Source: Octopus sinensis
Lineage: Eukaryota
Reading direction: 5' to 3'
DNA: 64,000 nucleotides
Assembly: GCF_006345805.1 (NCBI RefSeq)
Contig: NC_043020.1
Span: forward strand, 27,528,001 to 27,592,000
Below the pieces are notes generated by a model. The model was not told the origin of the DNA and did not search any database. It worked only from the letters and a program-made list of their open reading frames with translations. The translations under genes were made by a program, and so were the position numbers. Below, piece by piece: positions 54,801 to 63,739 of the stretch (positions are counted from its first letter, which is position 1; every line of letters begins with the position of its first letter).

Positions 54801-57113
54801 TCTGCAAGACACCGAATTTGAACTGTCTTCCTTGACTGTTACTCGAAACTCGACTATAAGATGTAACTGGCACTTAACTCCAACTGAGAACTCGTATAAA
54901 CCATTCTACAACAACTGACACATGACTCCCTGCACTGGTTGACCTCTTTTCAGTTTTTAGTGACTTGTTCTTACCACTTGTCCCGTGAGAGGGGTGTACC
55001 ATTTCCACTACAACTGGAACATAAATTGTGACTAAGGTTTAGTGGGAGATTTTAATTCAGAACTTTTGAAAACAAGACATTTGTACTACAGAGTCAGAGA
55101 TTGTTTCAGCTGGGTTGGTATCAAAAGGGTTAAGAATTGTTTCTCTATTATATATTTTAACCCTTTTGTTACCATATTTCTGTTGAGATGCTCTGTGTTT
55201 CTTTCAATTAATTTTAAATATAGCATGGGTTGGACGATTTGACTGAGGACTGGTGAACCAGATGGCTGCACCAGGCTCCAATCTTGATCTGGCAGAGTTT
55301 CTACAGCTGGATGCCCTTCCTAATGCCAACCACTCCGAGAGTGTAGTGGGTGCTTTTACATGCCACCGGCACGAGGGCCAGTCAGGCGGAGGGCCATGAT
55401 TTGAATTAGTCATACGTTATGTTGTAGCTTTGAGATTTTGGTGATGTGATTGTTTTCTTTTAGTAAGACAGTGTAGCTTACATGTAAGAGACTGTAATTA
55501 GCCAGTTTGTATTTGGCCAAATACTCCAACTCGCATGGCTCAGTGGTTAGAGCGTCGACCTTACGATCGTGAGGTTGTGAGCTCGAATCCCGGACCGGGC
55601 TGCATGTTGTGTTCTTGAGCAAGACACTTTATTTCATGTTGCTCCAGTTCACTCAGCTGTAGAAATGAGTTGCTACGTCACAGGTGCCAAGCTGTATCGA
55701 CCTTTGTCTTTCCCTTGGATAACACTGGTGGCATGGAGAGGGGGAGGCCGGTATGCATGGGCGACTGCTGGTCTTCCATAAACAACCTCGCCCGGACTTG
55801 TGTCTAGGAGGGTAACTTTCTAGGTGCAATCCCATGGTCTGTGTCGTGACCGAAGGGGGTTTCCGATTTGGCCAAAATATTGCCTTTTTGCCGGGTATGT
55901 CTTGTTTAAATGCTAAAGGGCTAAAAATCCTCCAAGCAATCCTTGTCATCTCAACATCCATGCCTTATTCAATCCCTCTTTTTCTCTCTCTTTTCTTCTT
56001 CCAGATAAATTTTATAGTGTGTCAGCTCGTGGCCCTTCTCCTGGGTATTCCATTCCGCAGAGTTTTGTCACCGAGGAAAACCAGTACGACAGTACGACAT
56101 TTGGTGGAGGTGCTTGTTGGTGTCGCACTGACTGTCTTCTGTTTCGGATAGTAAGTATTCCTTTCCAACTCTTCTTCACATTTACTCTCTTTCTCTCTCT
56201 CTCCCCTTCAATTTTTTTATTGTCTGTCTCTCTTTCTTTCTATCTTTCTCTCTTCCTTTTGTTTTTTTCTCTCTTTTTTCTGTTTTCCTTTCTTTTCTTT
56301 TTCTCTTTCTATCTCTCTCCTTATTTTTTTCTTTCTCTACCTGGGAAGGGCATCACATGGCTTGAAAAATTGTTAAGACACTGGGATTTTTTCCTACTTT
56401 TCTTAACATGAAACCAATGGCAGCCTTAATTCACAAATAAAGAATATATATATATATATATATATACTCTTTTACTCTTTTACTTGTTTCAGTCATTTGA
56501 CTGCGGCCATGCTGGAGCACCACCTTTAATCGAGCAACTCAACCCTGGGACTTATTCTTTGTAAGCCCAGTACTTATTCTATCGGTCTCTTTTGCCGAAC
56601 CGCAGACATATATATATATACATATATACGACAGGCTTCTTTCAGTTTCCATCTACCAAATCCACTCACAAGGCTTTGGTCGGCCCGAGGCTACAGTAGA
56701 AGTCACTTGCCCAAGGTGCCACGCAGTGGGACTGAACCTGGAACCATGTGGTTGGTAAACAAGCTACTTACCACTATGTAAAACAGAGTAATTAGCGAGG
56801 GATTATTAATCCAGGCGAAATACTTACTAAGCTCTCTGTTAGTACTCCAGTCTGACAACATGTTTTCAATTAGTAAATCTTTGCGTATTCTTGTGGCAGG
56901 GTCCAAGGTTATAAGTTCATCACCGAACGGGCTGATTGAGTAAACCTATCAATAACGAACCCTTAACGACTATTGGCAACAGGTGTAAGTCAAATTTACT
57001 GCAATAAACAAAAATAATTATTTATGCGCTGTCTTCTCTGCGTGTGTGTGTTGTGTTGTGTGGGTGTATATATGTATGTATATATATATATATTATATAT
57101 ATATATATATATG

Positions 57114-57161
<48 letters not shown>

Positions 57162-57174
57162 CATACATATATAC

Positions 57175-57205
<31 letters not shown>

Positions 57206-58080
57206 CATATACATACATATATACTTATATATATACATACATATATATATATATATATACATACATACATATATACATTTATATATATATACATACATAT
57301 ATATATATATATATGTATGTATGTATACACACTCAGCTGTAGAAATGAGTTATGACATGACTGGTGCCAAGCTGTACTGGCCTTTTGCCTTTCTCTTGTC
57401 AAGCCATCCCACCCATGCCAGCACAGAAGGTGGATGTTAAACGACGACGATGATGATGATGATGTGTGTGTGTGTGTGATAGGCTTCCACACTGTTTCTA
57501 TCTACCAAATTCATTCAGAAGGCATTGGTTGGCCCAGGACAGTAGTCAATGGCATTTGTCCAAGGTACTGCATAGTGGGCCTGAACCTGAAACCATCTGA
57601 TTGCAAAGCAACCTTCCTAACCACCCAACCATACCTGCATCAATTACTGTATAAAATAATACATTTTACAAAATGCTCATGTCTTGAACAGAAGTTCTGA
57701 ACGCTTAAATTTTATTTAAACCCCGCCTCCAAAATAGTGGGTTACCTAGAGACCCTTTTTTTTTTCTGGTATTTGAGAACTACTGCCCCATAATTGATGA
57801 TTTCCATGAAAATTCCAACACTAATCAATTGTTTTTTCTTTTTTCTACTTTCTCTTTTAATTTTTTTTTTCTTGTCCAGTCAAGTATGGCACATTGTGGC
57901 TCAGTCCGCTGTGACATACATTATCCTGTTAGTGGCGCCGGCGATGCTGGCCCATAAGATTGTTTTTGTGTTTGCCATGGGTTACCTGTCCTGTATGCAC
58001 ATCTACCGGCAGTATTACGATTACGGAGGATATACAATGGATATAACGGGGTAAGTAAGCTGAGCAATAAGATATCACCA

Positions 58081-58118
<38 letters not shown>

Positions 58119-61100
58119 TGTGTCTCCACGTGTTCTCTGTGCATGTATGTATGTGTGTGTGTATGTATGTGTGTGTGTGTATGTATGTATGTGTGTGTAT
58201 GTATGTGTGTGTGTATGTATGTGTCTGTGTGTGTGTGTGTATGTATGTGTGTGTGTGTACGTGTGTCTCCATGTGTTCTCTGTGCATGTATGTATGTGTG
58301 TGTGTATGTATGTGTGTGTGTATGTATGTGTGTGTGTATGTGTGTATGTATGTGTGTGTATGTGTGTGTGTGTATGTATGTGTGTGTGTGTGTGTGTATG
58401 TGTGTGTATGTATGTGTGTGTATGTATGTGTGTGTGTGTATGTATGTGTGTGTGTGTGTACGTGTGTCTCCATGTGTTCTCTGTGCATGTATGTGTGTGT
58501 GTATGTTCATCTGTGTGTGTCTGCGTGCTCTTAGTTATAGCTTTATCTGCTTCAAGTTCTGAAGTTAAAAACAAATTGTTTCATGTTCTCTTAGAGTTTC
58601 TAAATTCTTATGTCATAAACCTCTTACAATTCTTGATGGTAAAAACAAAATTTCCAAAGTGTGTAACGTTTGTCATTCCTACACAAGATGGGGGTTCAAA
58701 TCCCACCAGCAGCCTTTGAGTTTTTTTAGCCAAAGGTTTTTTTAACCTAATATTTACAAGCTATTATAAGTTGAATGACTTATTTTTTATAGGCCTAGTA
58801 CTTATTCTATCAGTCTCTTTGGCCAAACTGCTAAGTTACGGGGATGTAAATACACCAACGTTGCTTGTCAAGTGATGGTGGGGGTACAAACACAGACACA
58901 CACATACACACATGTATATACGACGGGCTTCTTTCAGTTTCCGTCTACCAAATCCACTCACAAGGCTTTGGTCAGCCCGAGGCTAAAGTAGAAGACACTT
59001 GCCCAAGGTGACACACAGTGGGATTGAACCTTGAACCATGTGGTTTGTAAGCAAGCTACTTACCACACAGTTACTCCTATATATATATATATCGATGCCG
59101 AGTCAAGTACATCAACATCAGCAATATCAAAATCAAATTAAATAGAAATTGTATTTGTGAGCCCCGTGCCGGTAGCACGTAAAAAGCACAATCCAAACGT
59201 GGCCAGTACCAGTGCTGCTTTGACTGGCTTCCATGCTTGTGGCACATAAAAAGCACCATCCGATCGTGGTTGATGTCAGTTCCTCTGGCCCCTTGTGCCG
59301 GTGGCATGTAAAAAGCATCCACTACACTCTTGGAATTTTGGTGTCAGGAAGGGCATTGAGCTGTAGAAACACCGCCAGACCATATTGGGGTTTGGTGCAG
59401 CCTCCTGGCTTCCCAGACCCCAGTTGACCCATTCAACCCATGCCAGCATGGAAAACGGACGTAAAAATGATGATGATGATGATGATGATACACACACATA
59501 CACACAAAGAGCTTCTTTCAGTTTCCATCTGCCAAACCTACTCACAAGGCTTTGTTCGACCCAGTGCCATTGTAGAAGCCACTTGCCCAAGGTGCCACAC
59601 ATAGGCACTGAACTTTGTATATCTGTGTGTAAATGTGTTTCTCTTTGTGTATACATATATATATACGTTTAAATATTTGTTGTGCAAGATTTTTTATGTG
59701 AAGTCGTGTGTTGAAACAGATATTGTTATATTTTGGAATGGTCATTTTGCCAGTTTAGCCAATAAAAACACACGCACTATTTATTTGGTGTTATTTTGCT
59801 TCAGTGTTATCTATTTTTTTACATTAATCTTAATATTATTTCGGCCAATGATGCGGTCACAGGAGTGTGACGAAAGAACTCTGGCCGAAATAAGATTAAG
59901 ATTAATGTAAAAAATAAATAACACTGAAGCAAAATAACACCAAATATATAGTGTGTGTGTTTTTATTGGCTAAACTAGCAAAATGACCATTCCGAAATAT
60001 AACAATATATATATATATATTTGTACGTACATAACATACACACTTTTTAATTAGCAGCTAATTATTGTTTTTTGATTGACAGGCCTCTCATGATCAGCAG
60101 CCAAAAGCTGACCAGTCTGGCGTTCAACCTCTACGATGGCAGGTATCGCGACGACAAAGATTTATCGAAAAGCCAGCGCCAGTATGCTGTCAAGTACGTA
60201 GATATTGGAGTATTTTAATCATGTGATCTCACGACCTCATGACCTTTGTGTTGTTCGTCTTGTTGCTGTTGTTATTGCTGAGCTCCAGATATCAAAGCTG
60301 TTCCAGATATGACCACTCCATTGTTTTTTTTTTATTTTTGGTTCTCCATGGTGGTTTGTGATTCGTTGAGGGAGTTTGGTTAGTATTTCTAGCAGATGTA
60401 GTGACCACATAGAAAATGCCCGTGATGTGTTGTTTTATTATTTTTTTGTATTTGTGTTTTGTATTTGCAATCCTTTTATCTTTTTACTTGTTCCAGGCAC
60501 TGTGCTGCGGCCATGCTGGGGCACCACCCTTGAAGGGCTTGAGACAAACGGGTTCAGCGCTAGCGCTCATTTTTAGAAGTTTGGTAGTTATTCTGTCAGT
60601 CTCTTTTGCCACAACTGCTAAGTTATGGGGATGTAAACAAACCAACATTGGTTGTCAAATTGTGGAGGGACACAAACACAGATACAAGAACAGACACAGA
60701 CACATATATGTACACTCACATGTGTACACACACATACATGTATATACACACACACACATATATATACACACACACATACACATATATATGATAGATAAAG
60801 GTCCTTCCTGAGTCTTATAGACTCATAAGGGCTGGTTTCCTGGCCTCCATAACATATATATTCCCCACCTGAGTGGGCTGGAGTATCGTGAAATAAAGAG
60901 TCTTGCTCAAGAGCACAATGCATTGCTCGGCGCAAGAATTGAAACCGCGATCTTACAATCACAAGTCCAACACCCTAACCACTAAGCCCCCACCACACAC
61001 ACACACACAGCAGGCTTCTTCATAACTTCCATTTATCAAACTCACTCACAGCCCCAAAACTGTAACAGAAGACGATTCGTGAGATTGAACCCAAAACCAC

Positions 61101-61232
61101 GTAACCATGCCTGCTGTGTATTATATTAGAGAAACTCATGCCAGAAGTATGTAATTTCATTATGGACTGCTGTATGTTACGCCAGCTAAAATATTCAGAC
61201 AAGCTGCTGCTGTTGTTGTTGCTGTTGTTGTT

Positions 61233-61268
<36 letters not shown>

Positions 61269-63179
61269 TGTGACATTAAACAAATCAAACCCGCAGACGG
61301 ACCGTCTCTGTGTGTGACATTAGAGAAATTTTTAAGCAGGTCTGTTGTGTGTACGAGACTTTAGACTAATAACTGGCAGCTGACTGGTATTTCATTACAG
61401 TAATTTATGCATCCATACACACACACACACACACACACATATGTTAATTAACAAGCTGCTGTGCCGGTGTTCGTTATTTACAACTGCTTAATTGTCTTAA
61501 TGATTTTTCTCACCCGCACCACCCTCCCGCCAATTATGAATAATGTGAAACTGAAAGTGTTTATGGTATCAGAGTCTCTCCTTATGCGTTCATTGACCCC
61601 CTGTTTTTACACCCTGTTGCAGGGGCGGACCGAGAGTATTAAGGGCCCTCGGGCATAACTGTTTACTGGGCCCCTTTGAATGAGTGTTTTAGTAGAGTTA
61701 ACATGGTAGTGTGGAGGCACATGGCCTAGTGGTTAGAGCTGCGGACTCGCGGTCGAGGGATCGCGAGTTCAAACTACCTGGTCACAGGAGTAGTGTATAA
61801 GTGGCCGAGTATTCCACAGAAGCATGTCTTATAAACGTAATTGCAATGCTGTTGGTGGTAGTTGTTGAGTGACTGTGGTTTTTTTTTTTTTTTTGTGGCA
61901 GTGGTGGGCGCATAAAGAATTATTGTTGTGGTGTTACCAATAGTTGCAATGATGGGATTTGAATGTTATAAAGGACCATAACCATAGCCCTAAAACACCT
62001 CCAAATATTTCCATTTTCAGCCGATGTTCAACGAACCCTTCAAATCCACCACCCTATCAAATTCGATGACTGGCGTCCATGCTAGCAGGGTGCAAAGAGC
62101 ACCATACGAGCATGATTATTGACGGAACGGCCAACCGGCTTCTGTGTCAGTGGCACTTAAAGGGCACCATTCGAGCGTGATCGTTACCAGCATCGCCTTA
62201 CTGGCACTTGTGCCCATGCTAGTAGGGTGCCAAGAGCACCATCCGAGCGTCATCGTTGCCAGAGCAGCCAACTGGCTTCTGTGCCAGTGGCACGTAAAAG
62301 GGCACCATTCGAGCGTGATCGTTACCAAAGTCGCCTTCTGGCACCTGTGCTGGTGGCATGTGTAAAAGGATTCGAGCGAAGTCATTGCCAGTATCGCCTG
62401 ACTGGCCCCCGTGTAGGTGGCACGTAAAAAGCACCCACTACACTCTCGGAGTGGTTGGCGTCAGGAAGGGCATCCAGCTGTAGAAACTCTGCCAGATCAA
62501 GACTGGAGCCTGGTGCAGCCATCTGGTTTGCCAGCCCTCAGTCAAAACCGTCCAACTCATACTAGCATGGAAAACGGACGTTAAACAATGATGATAATAA
62601 TAATAATAATGAAATTATTGTATACAGTGCTCAGGTGCACCACAACTTGTCAGAGTATATGCAGTAATGCACAAATATCTGGAAAGCGAACAGTGTATGA
62701 GTCAGATACATGCTTGCATGTATATGGAGGGGAGGAAATCAGGTGTAGTGTTGGTGAATCTCAGAAAGCATGGAAGTTTTGAAGGATGCAGTGCTCCGAC
62801 AACTAACAACTGATGCCGGCAGTTTGTTCCATGCTTCAGCAACTCTCAGTGTGAAAAAATGTTTCCTAAAGTCATGGGAGCTGTGCTGTTTTCTGACTTT
62901 GTAAATATGTCCACGGGTGTTAGATGGGTGGAGTTTGAAAAGGTGCTCAGAGTTATTGTTTGTCAGATGGTTGATAATTTTATGATGATGATGATGATAT
63001 TAATTATTATTATTATTATTGTTTTAATGCTTTGTCTTTTTGGTTTCAGGTCGATGCCATCGCTGCTTCACTTTACCAGTTACATGTTTTACTTTCATGG
63101 AATCATTATCGGTCCTCTTGCCTTCTATGCAGACTACATGCATTTTATAAATGGAGACTGGTACCGAGAATGGGAAGTT
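20773..63179 (+). CDS. MBOAT2: MBOAT1/2-family lysophospholipid acyltransferase (Oysgedart-like), 5' part: join(20773..20853,56005..56150,57880..58050,60083..60193,63050..63179), 213 aa, continues beyond window
   Basis: Five GT-AG-bounded exons splice in frame (phases 0,2,2,2,0). Product: ...[30 protein letters not shown]...[19 protein letters not shown]/...[30 protein letters not shown].../...[33 protein letters not shown]. This matches recalled MBOAT1/2 motifs (LPIDQVNF, DITGPLMI..QK.T.LA, GP...Y.DY..FI.G). MBOAT1 vs MBOAT2 cannot be resolved. Confidence 0.93.
21530..23425 (-). mobile_element. Cluster of dominant SINE copies (e.g. 22085-22430, 22905-23420)
   Basis: Repeated reverse-complement SINE segments at varying divergence. 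Confidence 0.75.
23101..23270 (+). mobile_element. Related hammerhead-type element inserted in the (TA)n of a SINE (motif 23165-23200)
   Basis: CTTT CTGTAGA A GAGC-gtag-GCTC GAAA CG TA AAAG. Shares the downstream TCCTGAGCGT..TAATAC with the 51/52 kb family. Confidence 0.6.
27305..27516 (+). mobile_element. Mariner-derived MITE (second partial copy ~52670-52840)
   Basis: Imperfect TIRs GGGTGGTGAAAAGTTCCTGG / CCAGGAACTTTCCAGAACCC; retains a decayed transposase C-terminus. Confidence 0.6.
27533..27810. mobile_element. Second copy of the G3:C8 hammerhead inverted-repeat family
   Basis: Homologous to 33222-33543 with internal deletions. Motif at 27692-27742 has GAAA changed to GAAT. Confidence 0.7.
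27872..28135. mobile_element. Inverted-repeat (Penelope-like) element in (TA)n
   Basis: ~117-bp arms 27872-27988 / 28019-28135; contains CTGAAGA and GAAA motifs. Confidence 0.65.
29538..29768 (+). mobile_element. MetaSINE-like copy with imperfect TSD
   Basis: Homologous to 39621-39850, flanked by AAGACAAGGG(T/C)ACA. Others at 24045-24660 (multimer), 36508-36710, 63225-63450 and a decayed cluster at 3600-4930. Confidence 0.8.
30755..31157 (+). mobile_element. CR1-clade LINE 3' fragment, same family
   Basis: Near-identical to 47746-48160. Shorter copies at 46100-46275 and 49005-49300. Confidence 0.85.
31452..31940 (-). pseudogene. Mariner (DD34D) transposase relic, C-terminal half + TIR
   Basis: QQDNAKPH...[16 protein letters not shown] motifs; TA+CTAGGTTGAGGAAAA terminus. 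Confidence 0.85.
31945..32185 (+). pseudogene. Mariner transposase relic, linker/N-catalytic part in opposite orientation
   Basis: [25 protein letters not shown]...[19 protein letters not shown], with a frameshift and a stop. Confidence 0.8.
32727..33117 (-). mobile_element. Non-autonomous Helitron
   Basis: Minus strand 5'-TC(TTTATATATAAAAG)...hairpin CCGAGCAACGCCGGG...CTAG-3', inserted between A and T, no TSD. Confidence 0.75.
33222..33543. mobile_element. Penelope-like inverted-repeat element with G3:C8 hammerhead variant
   Basis: Arms 33287-33404 / 33426-33543, (TA)n flanks. Second family copy at 27533-27810. Confidence 0.75.
33416..33466 (+). ncRNA. Hammerhead variant with GUGAACA core
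   Basis: TTTGTCA GTGAACA G GTCGC-ggtctgaaa-GCGAC GAAA ATAT TT TGGCAAA. Confidence 0.6.
33895..34165 (+). repeat. Tandem ~105-bp repeat x2.6 of the unclassified TAGAAATAGCAGCCAAATC interspersed family
   Basis: Units at ~33900, 34003 and 34110. Dispersed family copies at ~60-440, 1905-2080, 6255-6470, 9830-10130, 43500-44070 and 60290-60415. Confidence 0.7.
34640..35285. repeat. Compound microsatellite/minisatellite (GTAT)n-GCAT-(AT)n
   Basis: Recurring TATGCATGTATATAT units; related tract at 32355-32726. Confidence 0.9.
35797..36451. mobile_element. hAT non-autonomous element containing a nested Helitron-like insert (35967-36360)
   Basis: TIR CAGGGCTGTGGAGTCG / CGACTCCACTGTCCTG; exact 8-bp TSD TTTGCAGC; GACTCC subterminal repeats. 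Confidence 0.8.
36882..37255 (+). mobile_element. Helentron-associated/DINE-1-like element
   Basis: 5' ACCTCTGCC..GGCGGAGGT inverted repeat, (GTTT)n, 3' GGCGGAGGT followed by GCACTC-TCT-GAGTGC hairpin. Confidence 0.65.
37866..38061. mobile_element. hAT (Charlie-like) MITE
   Basis: TIR CAGCATTTCTCAACC / GGTTGAGAAACACTG; 8-bp TSD GTATAGAC/GTGTAGAC. Confidence 0.8.
39621..39850 (+). mobile_element. MetaSINE-like tRNA SINE, full length with TSD
   Basis: GGCGGCGAGCTGGCAGAA head; Meta-domain-like GTCGACTTTGCCTTTCATCCTTTCGGGGTCGATAAATTAAGTACC; TSD GGTTTGAACCCACA at 39604-39617 / 39851-39864. Confidence 0.8.
41820..42210 (-). mobile_element. Dominant SINE family copy
   Basis: Homology to 10887-11273. 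Confidence 0.85.
43580..43975 (+). mobile_element. Dominant SINE family copy
   Basis: Homology to 10887-11273. Confidence 0.85.
45219..45304 (-). ncRNA. Type I hammerhead ribozyme, mirror copy
   Basis: Reverse complement reads ATTTTC CTGAAGA GAAGGCTGCAAA...TTTGCAGCTTTT GAAA CATATG TA GAAAAT. Confidence 0.8.
45429..45514 (+). ncRNA. Type I hammerhead ribozyme, canonical core
   Basis: Stem I ATTTTC/GAAAAT, CTGAAGA, 12-bp stem II GAAGGCTGCAAA/TTTGCAGCCTTT, GAAA, palindromic stem III CATATG, GUA cleavage site after 45508. Confidence 0.85.
46567..46930 (+). mobile_element. Dominant SINE family copy (small internal deletion)
   Basis: Homology to 10887-11273. Confidence 0.85.
47317..47742 (-). 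pseudogene. Mariner transposase relic (3' part + TIR)
   Basis: Minus-strand [11 protein letters not shown]...[26 protein letters not shown]; TA+TTGGGTCATCCCATAAATAATGCG terminus. Confidence 0.8.
47746..48160 (+). mobile_element. CR1-clade LINE 3' fragment (ORF2 C-terminus + 3'UTR)
   Basis: [19 protein letters not shown]...LRGHSEKL...[13 protein letters not shown]...FKVSLD; (TTAAC)n tail. Confidence 0.85.
49345..49730 (+). mobile_element. Dominant SINE family copy
   Basis: Homology to 10887-11273. Confidence 0.85.
50403..50812 (+). mobile_element. Dominant SINE family copy
   Basis: Homology to 10887-11273. Further copies at ~40815-41345(+), 53600-53960(-), 56466-56775(-) and 58770-59077(-). 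Confidence 0.85.
51098..51310 (+). mobile_element. ~200-bp (TA)n-flanked retrozyme/pLTR-like element with minimal hammerhead at 51176-51210
   Basis: GTTT CCGACGA A GAGC-tcc-GCTT GAAA CG TT AAAC; same family as 52182-52580. Confidence 0.7.
52182..52580 (+). mobile_element. Tandem dimer of hammerhead-containing element (motifs 52260-52294 and 52445-52479)
   Basis: Two direct copies separated by (TA)n; predicted cleavage sites are 185 nt apart. Confidence 0.72.
54261..55221 (+). mobile_element. Tandem array of piggyBac-like TTAA MITEs (253-bp period)
   Basis: TTAA-CCC(C)TTTTGTTACC...GGTATCAAAAGGG-TTAA units with a 23-bp spacer. Same arrangement at 42217-42940; single copies at 39901-40146 and 63500-63630(-). 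Confidence 0.75.
54632..55015. mobile_element. Probable solo LTR (384 bp) nested in MITE
   Basis: Interrupts the MITE sequence GTTAGGAAC|ATAAATTG with 5-bp TSD GGAAC; termini TGTTAT...ACAACT. Confidence 0.65.
56005..56150 (+). CDS. MBOAT2: MBOAT1/2 exon 2 ([48 protein letters not shown])
   Basis: Polypyrimidine tract + ccag acceptor; 146 nt; TA|gtaagt donor. Confidence 0.95.
57880..58050 (+). CDS. MBOAT2: MBOAT1/2 exon 3 ([17 protein letters not shown]...[11 protein letters not shown])
   Basis: T-rich tract + ccag acceptor; 171 nt; GG|gtaagt donor; phase matches exon 2. Confidence 0.95.
58080..58520. repeat. (TG)n/(TATG)n tract with three copies of ACGTGTGTCTCCAYGTGTTCTCTGTGCAT
   Basis: Anchor motif at ~58116, 58259 and 58460. 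Confidence 0.85.
59663..60008. mobile_element. Inverted-repeat element with degenerate hammerhead at the apex
   Basis: Arms 59720-59847 / 59882-60008, (TA)n flanks. Apex reads GGCCA ATGATGC G GTCACA-ggag-TGTGAC GAAA GAAC TC TGGCC. Confidence 0.7.
60083..60193 (+). CDS. MBOAT2: MBOAT1/2 exon 4 ([36 protein letters not shown])
   Basis: acag acceptor; 111 nt; AA|gtacgt donor; conserved QK.TSLAF...DG motif. Confidence 0.93.
62070..62610 (+). mobile_element. RTE-like 3' end/SINE tail with internal ~65-nt hairpin-unit array and (GAT)n/(AAT)n tail
   Basis: Six GTGCCRGTGGCAC...GCACCA-type units, then GGAAGGGCATCCAGCTGTAGAAAC...CATGGAAAACGGACGTTAAAC. Copies at 25020-25390, 39070-39420, 59150-59487(+) and 42962-43208, 46957-47250, 55222-55400(-). 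Confidence 0.7.
62610..62984 (-). mobile_element. Second CR1-clade LINE 3' fragment
   Basis: Minus-strand translation ...[49 protein letters not shown]... Confidence 0.75.
63050..63179 (+). CDS. MBOAT2: MBOAT1/2 exon 5 ([43 protein letters not shown])
   Basis: tttcag acceptor; 130 nt; GTT|gtaagt donor; PS.L....Y...F....GP motif. Confidence 0.93.
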
Positions 63180-63660
63180 GTAAGTAAAACGTGTTCTTGG
63201 TATTAAGTACCATTTGATTAGGGAGCATTCGGGTGGAACTATCAGCACCCCGGACACAATGCTTGGCTGCGTTTCGTCTGTCTTTATGTTCTGAGTTCGA
63301 ATTCCGCCAAGGTTGACTTTGCCGTTCATCCTTTCGGGGTTGATAAAATACGTAGCAGTCAAGTACTGGGGCTGATGTAATCAACCAGCCCTCTTCCCCT
63401 CCCATCCCCAAATTTCAGACCTTGTGCCTATAATAGAAAGGATTATTTTTAATGCAAAAATGGTGAGCTGGCAGAATCGTTTGCATGCTGAACGAAATGT
63501 TTAACCCCTTCTTTACCAACCCGGCTGAAACCACCTCTGGCTCTGTAGTACAAATGTCTTGTTTTCATAAATTTTGAATTAAAATCTTCCATCCAACCTT
63601 AGTTACAATTTATGTTCCTAACACCAGCTGTTTGCAAGTTCGATTCCAGACAGTGACCTG

Positions 63661-63693
<33 letters not shown>

Positions 63694-63739
63694 AATGATG
63701 ATAATAATAATAATAATAAAAATCTAAAAAATCTAAAAG

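Noticed and set aside
62070-62445. CRISPR-like repeat/spacer appearance (also at 25070-25230 and 39100-39260)
   Set aside because: The repeats are degenerate, the spacers are homologous to each other, the arrays are part of a dispersed retroelement, the context is eukaryotic and there are no cas genes.
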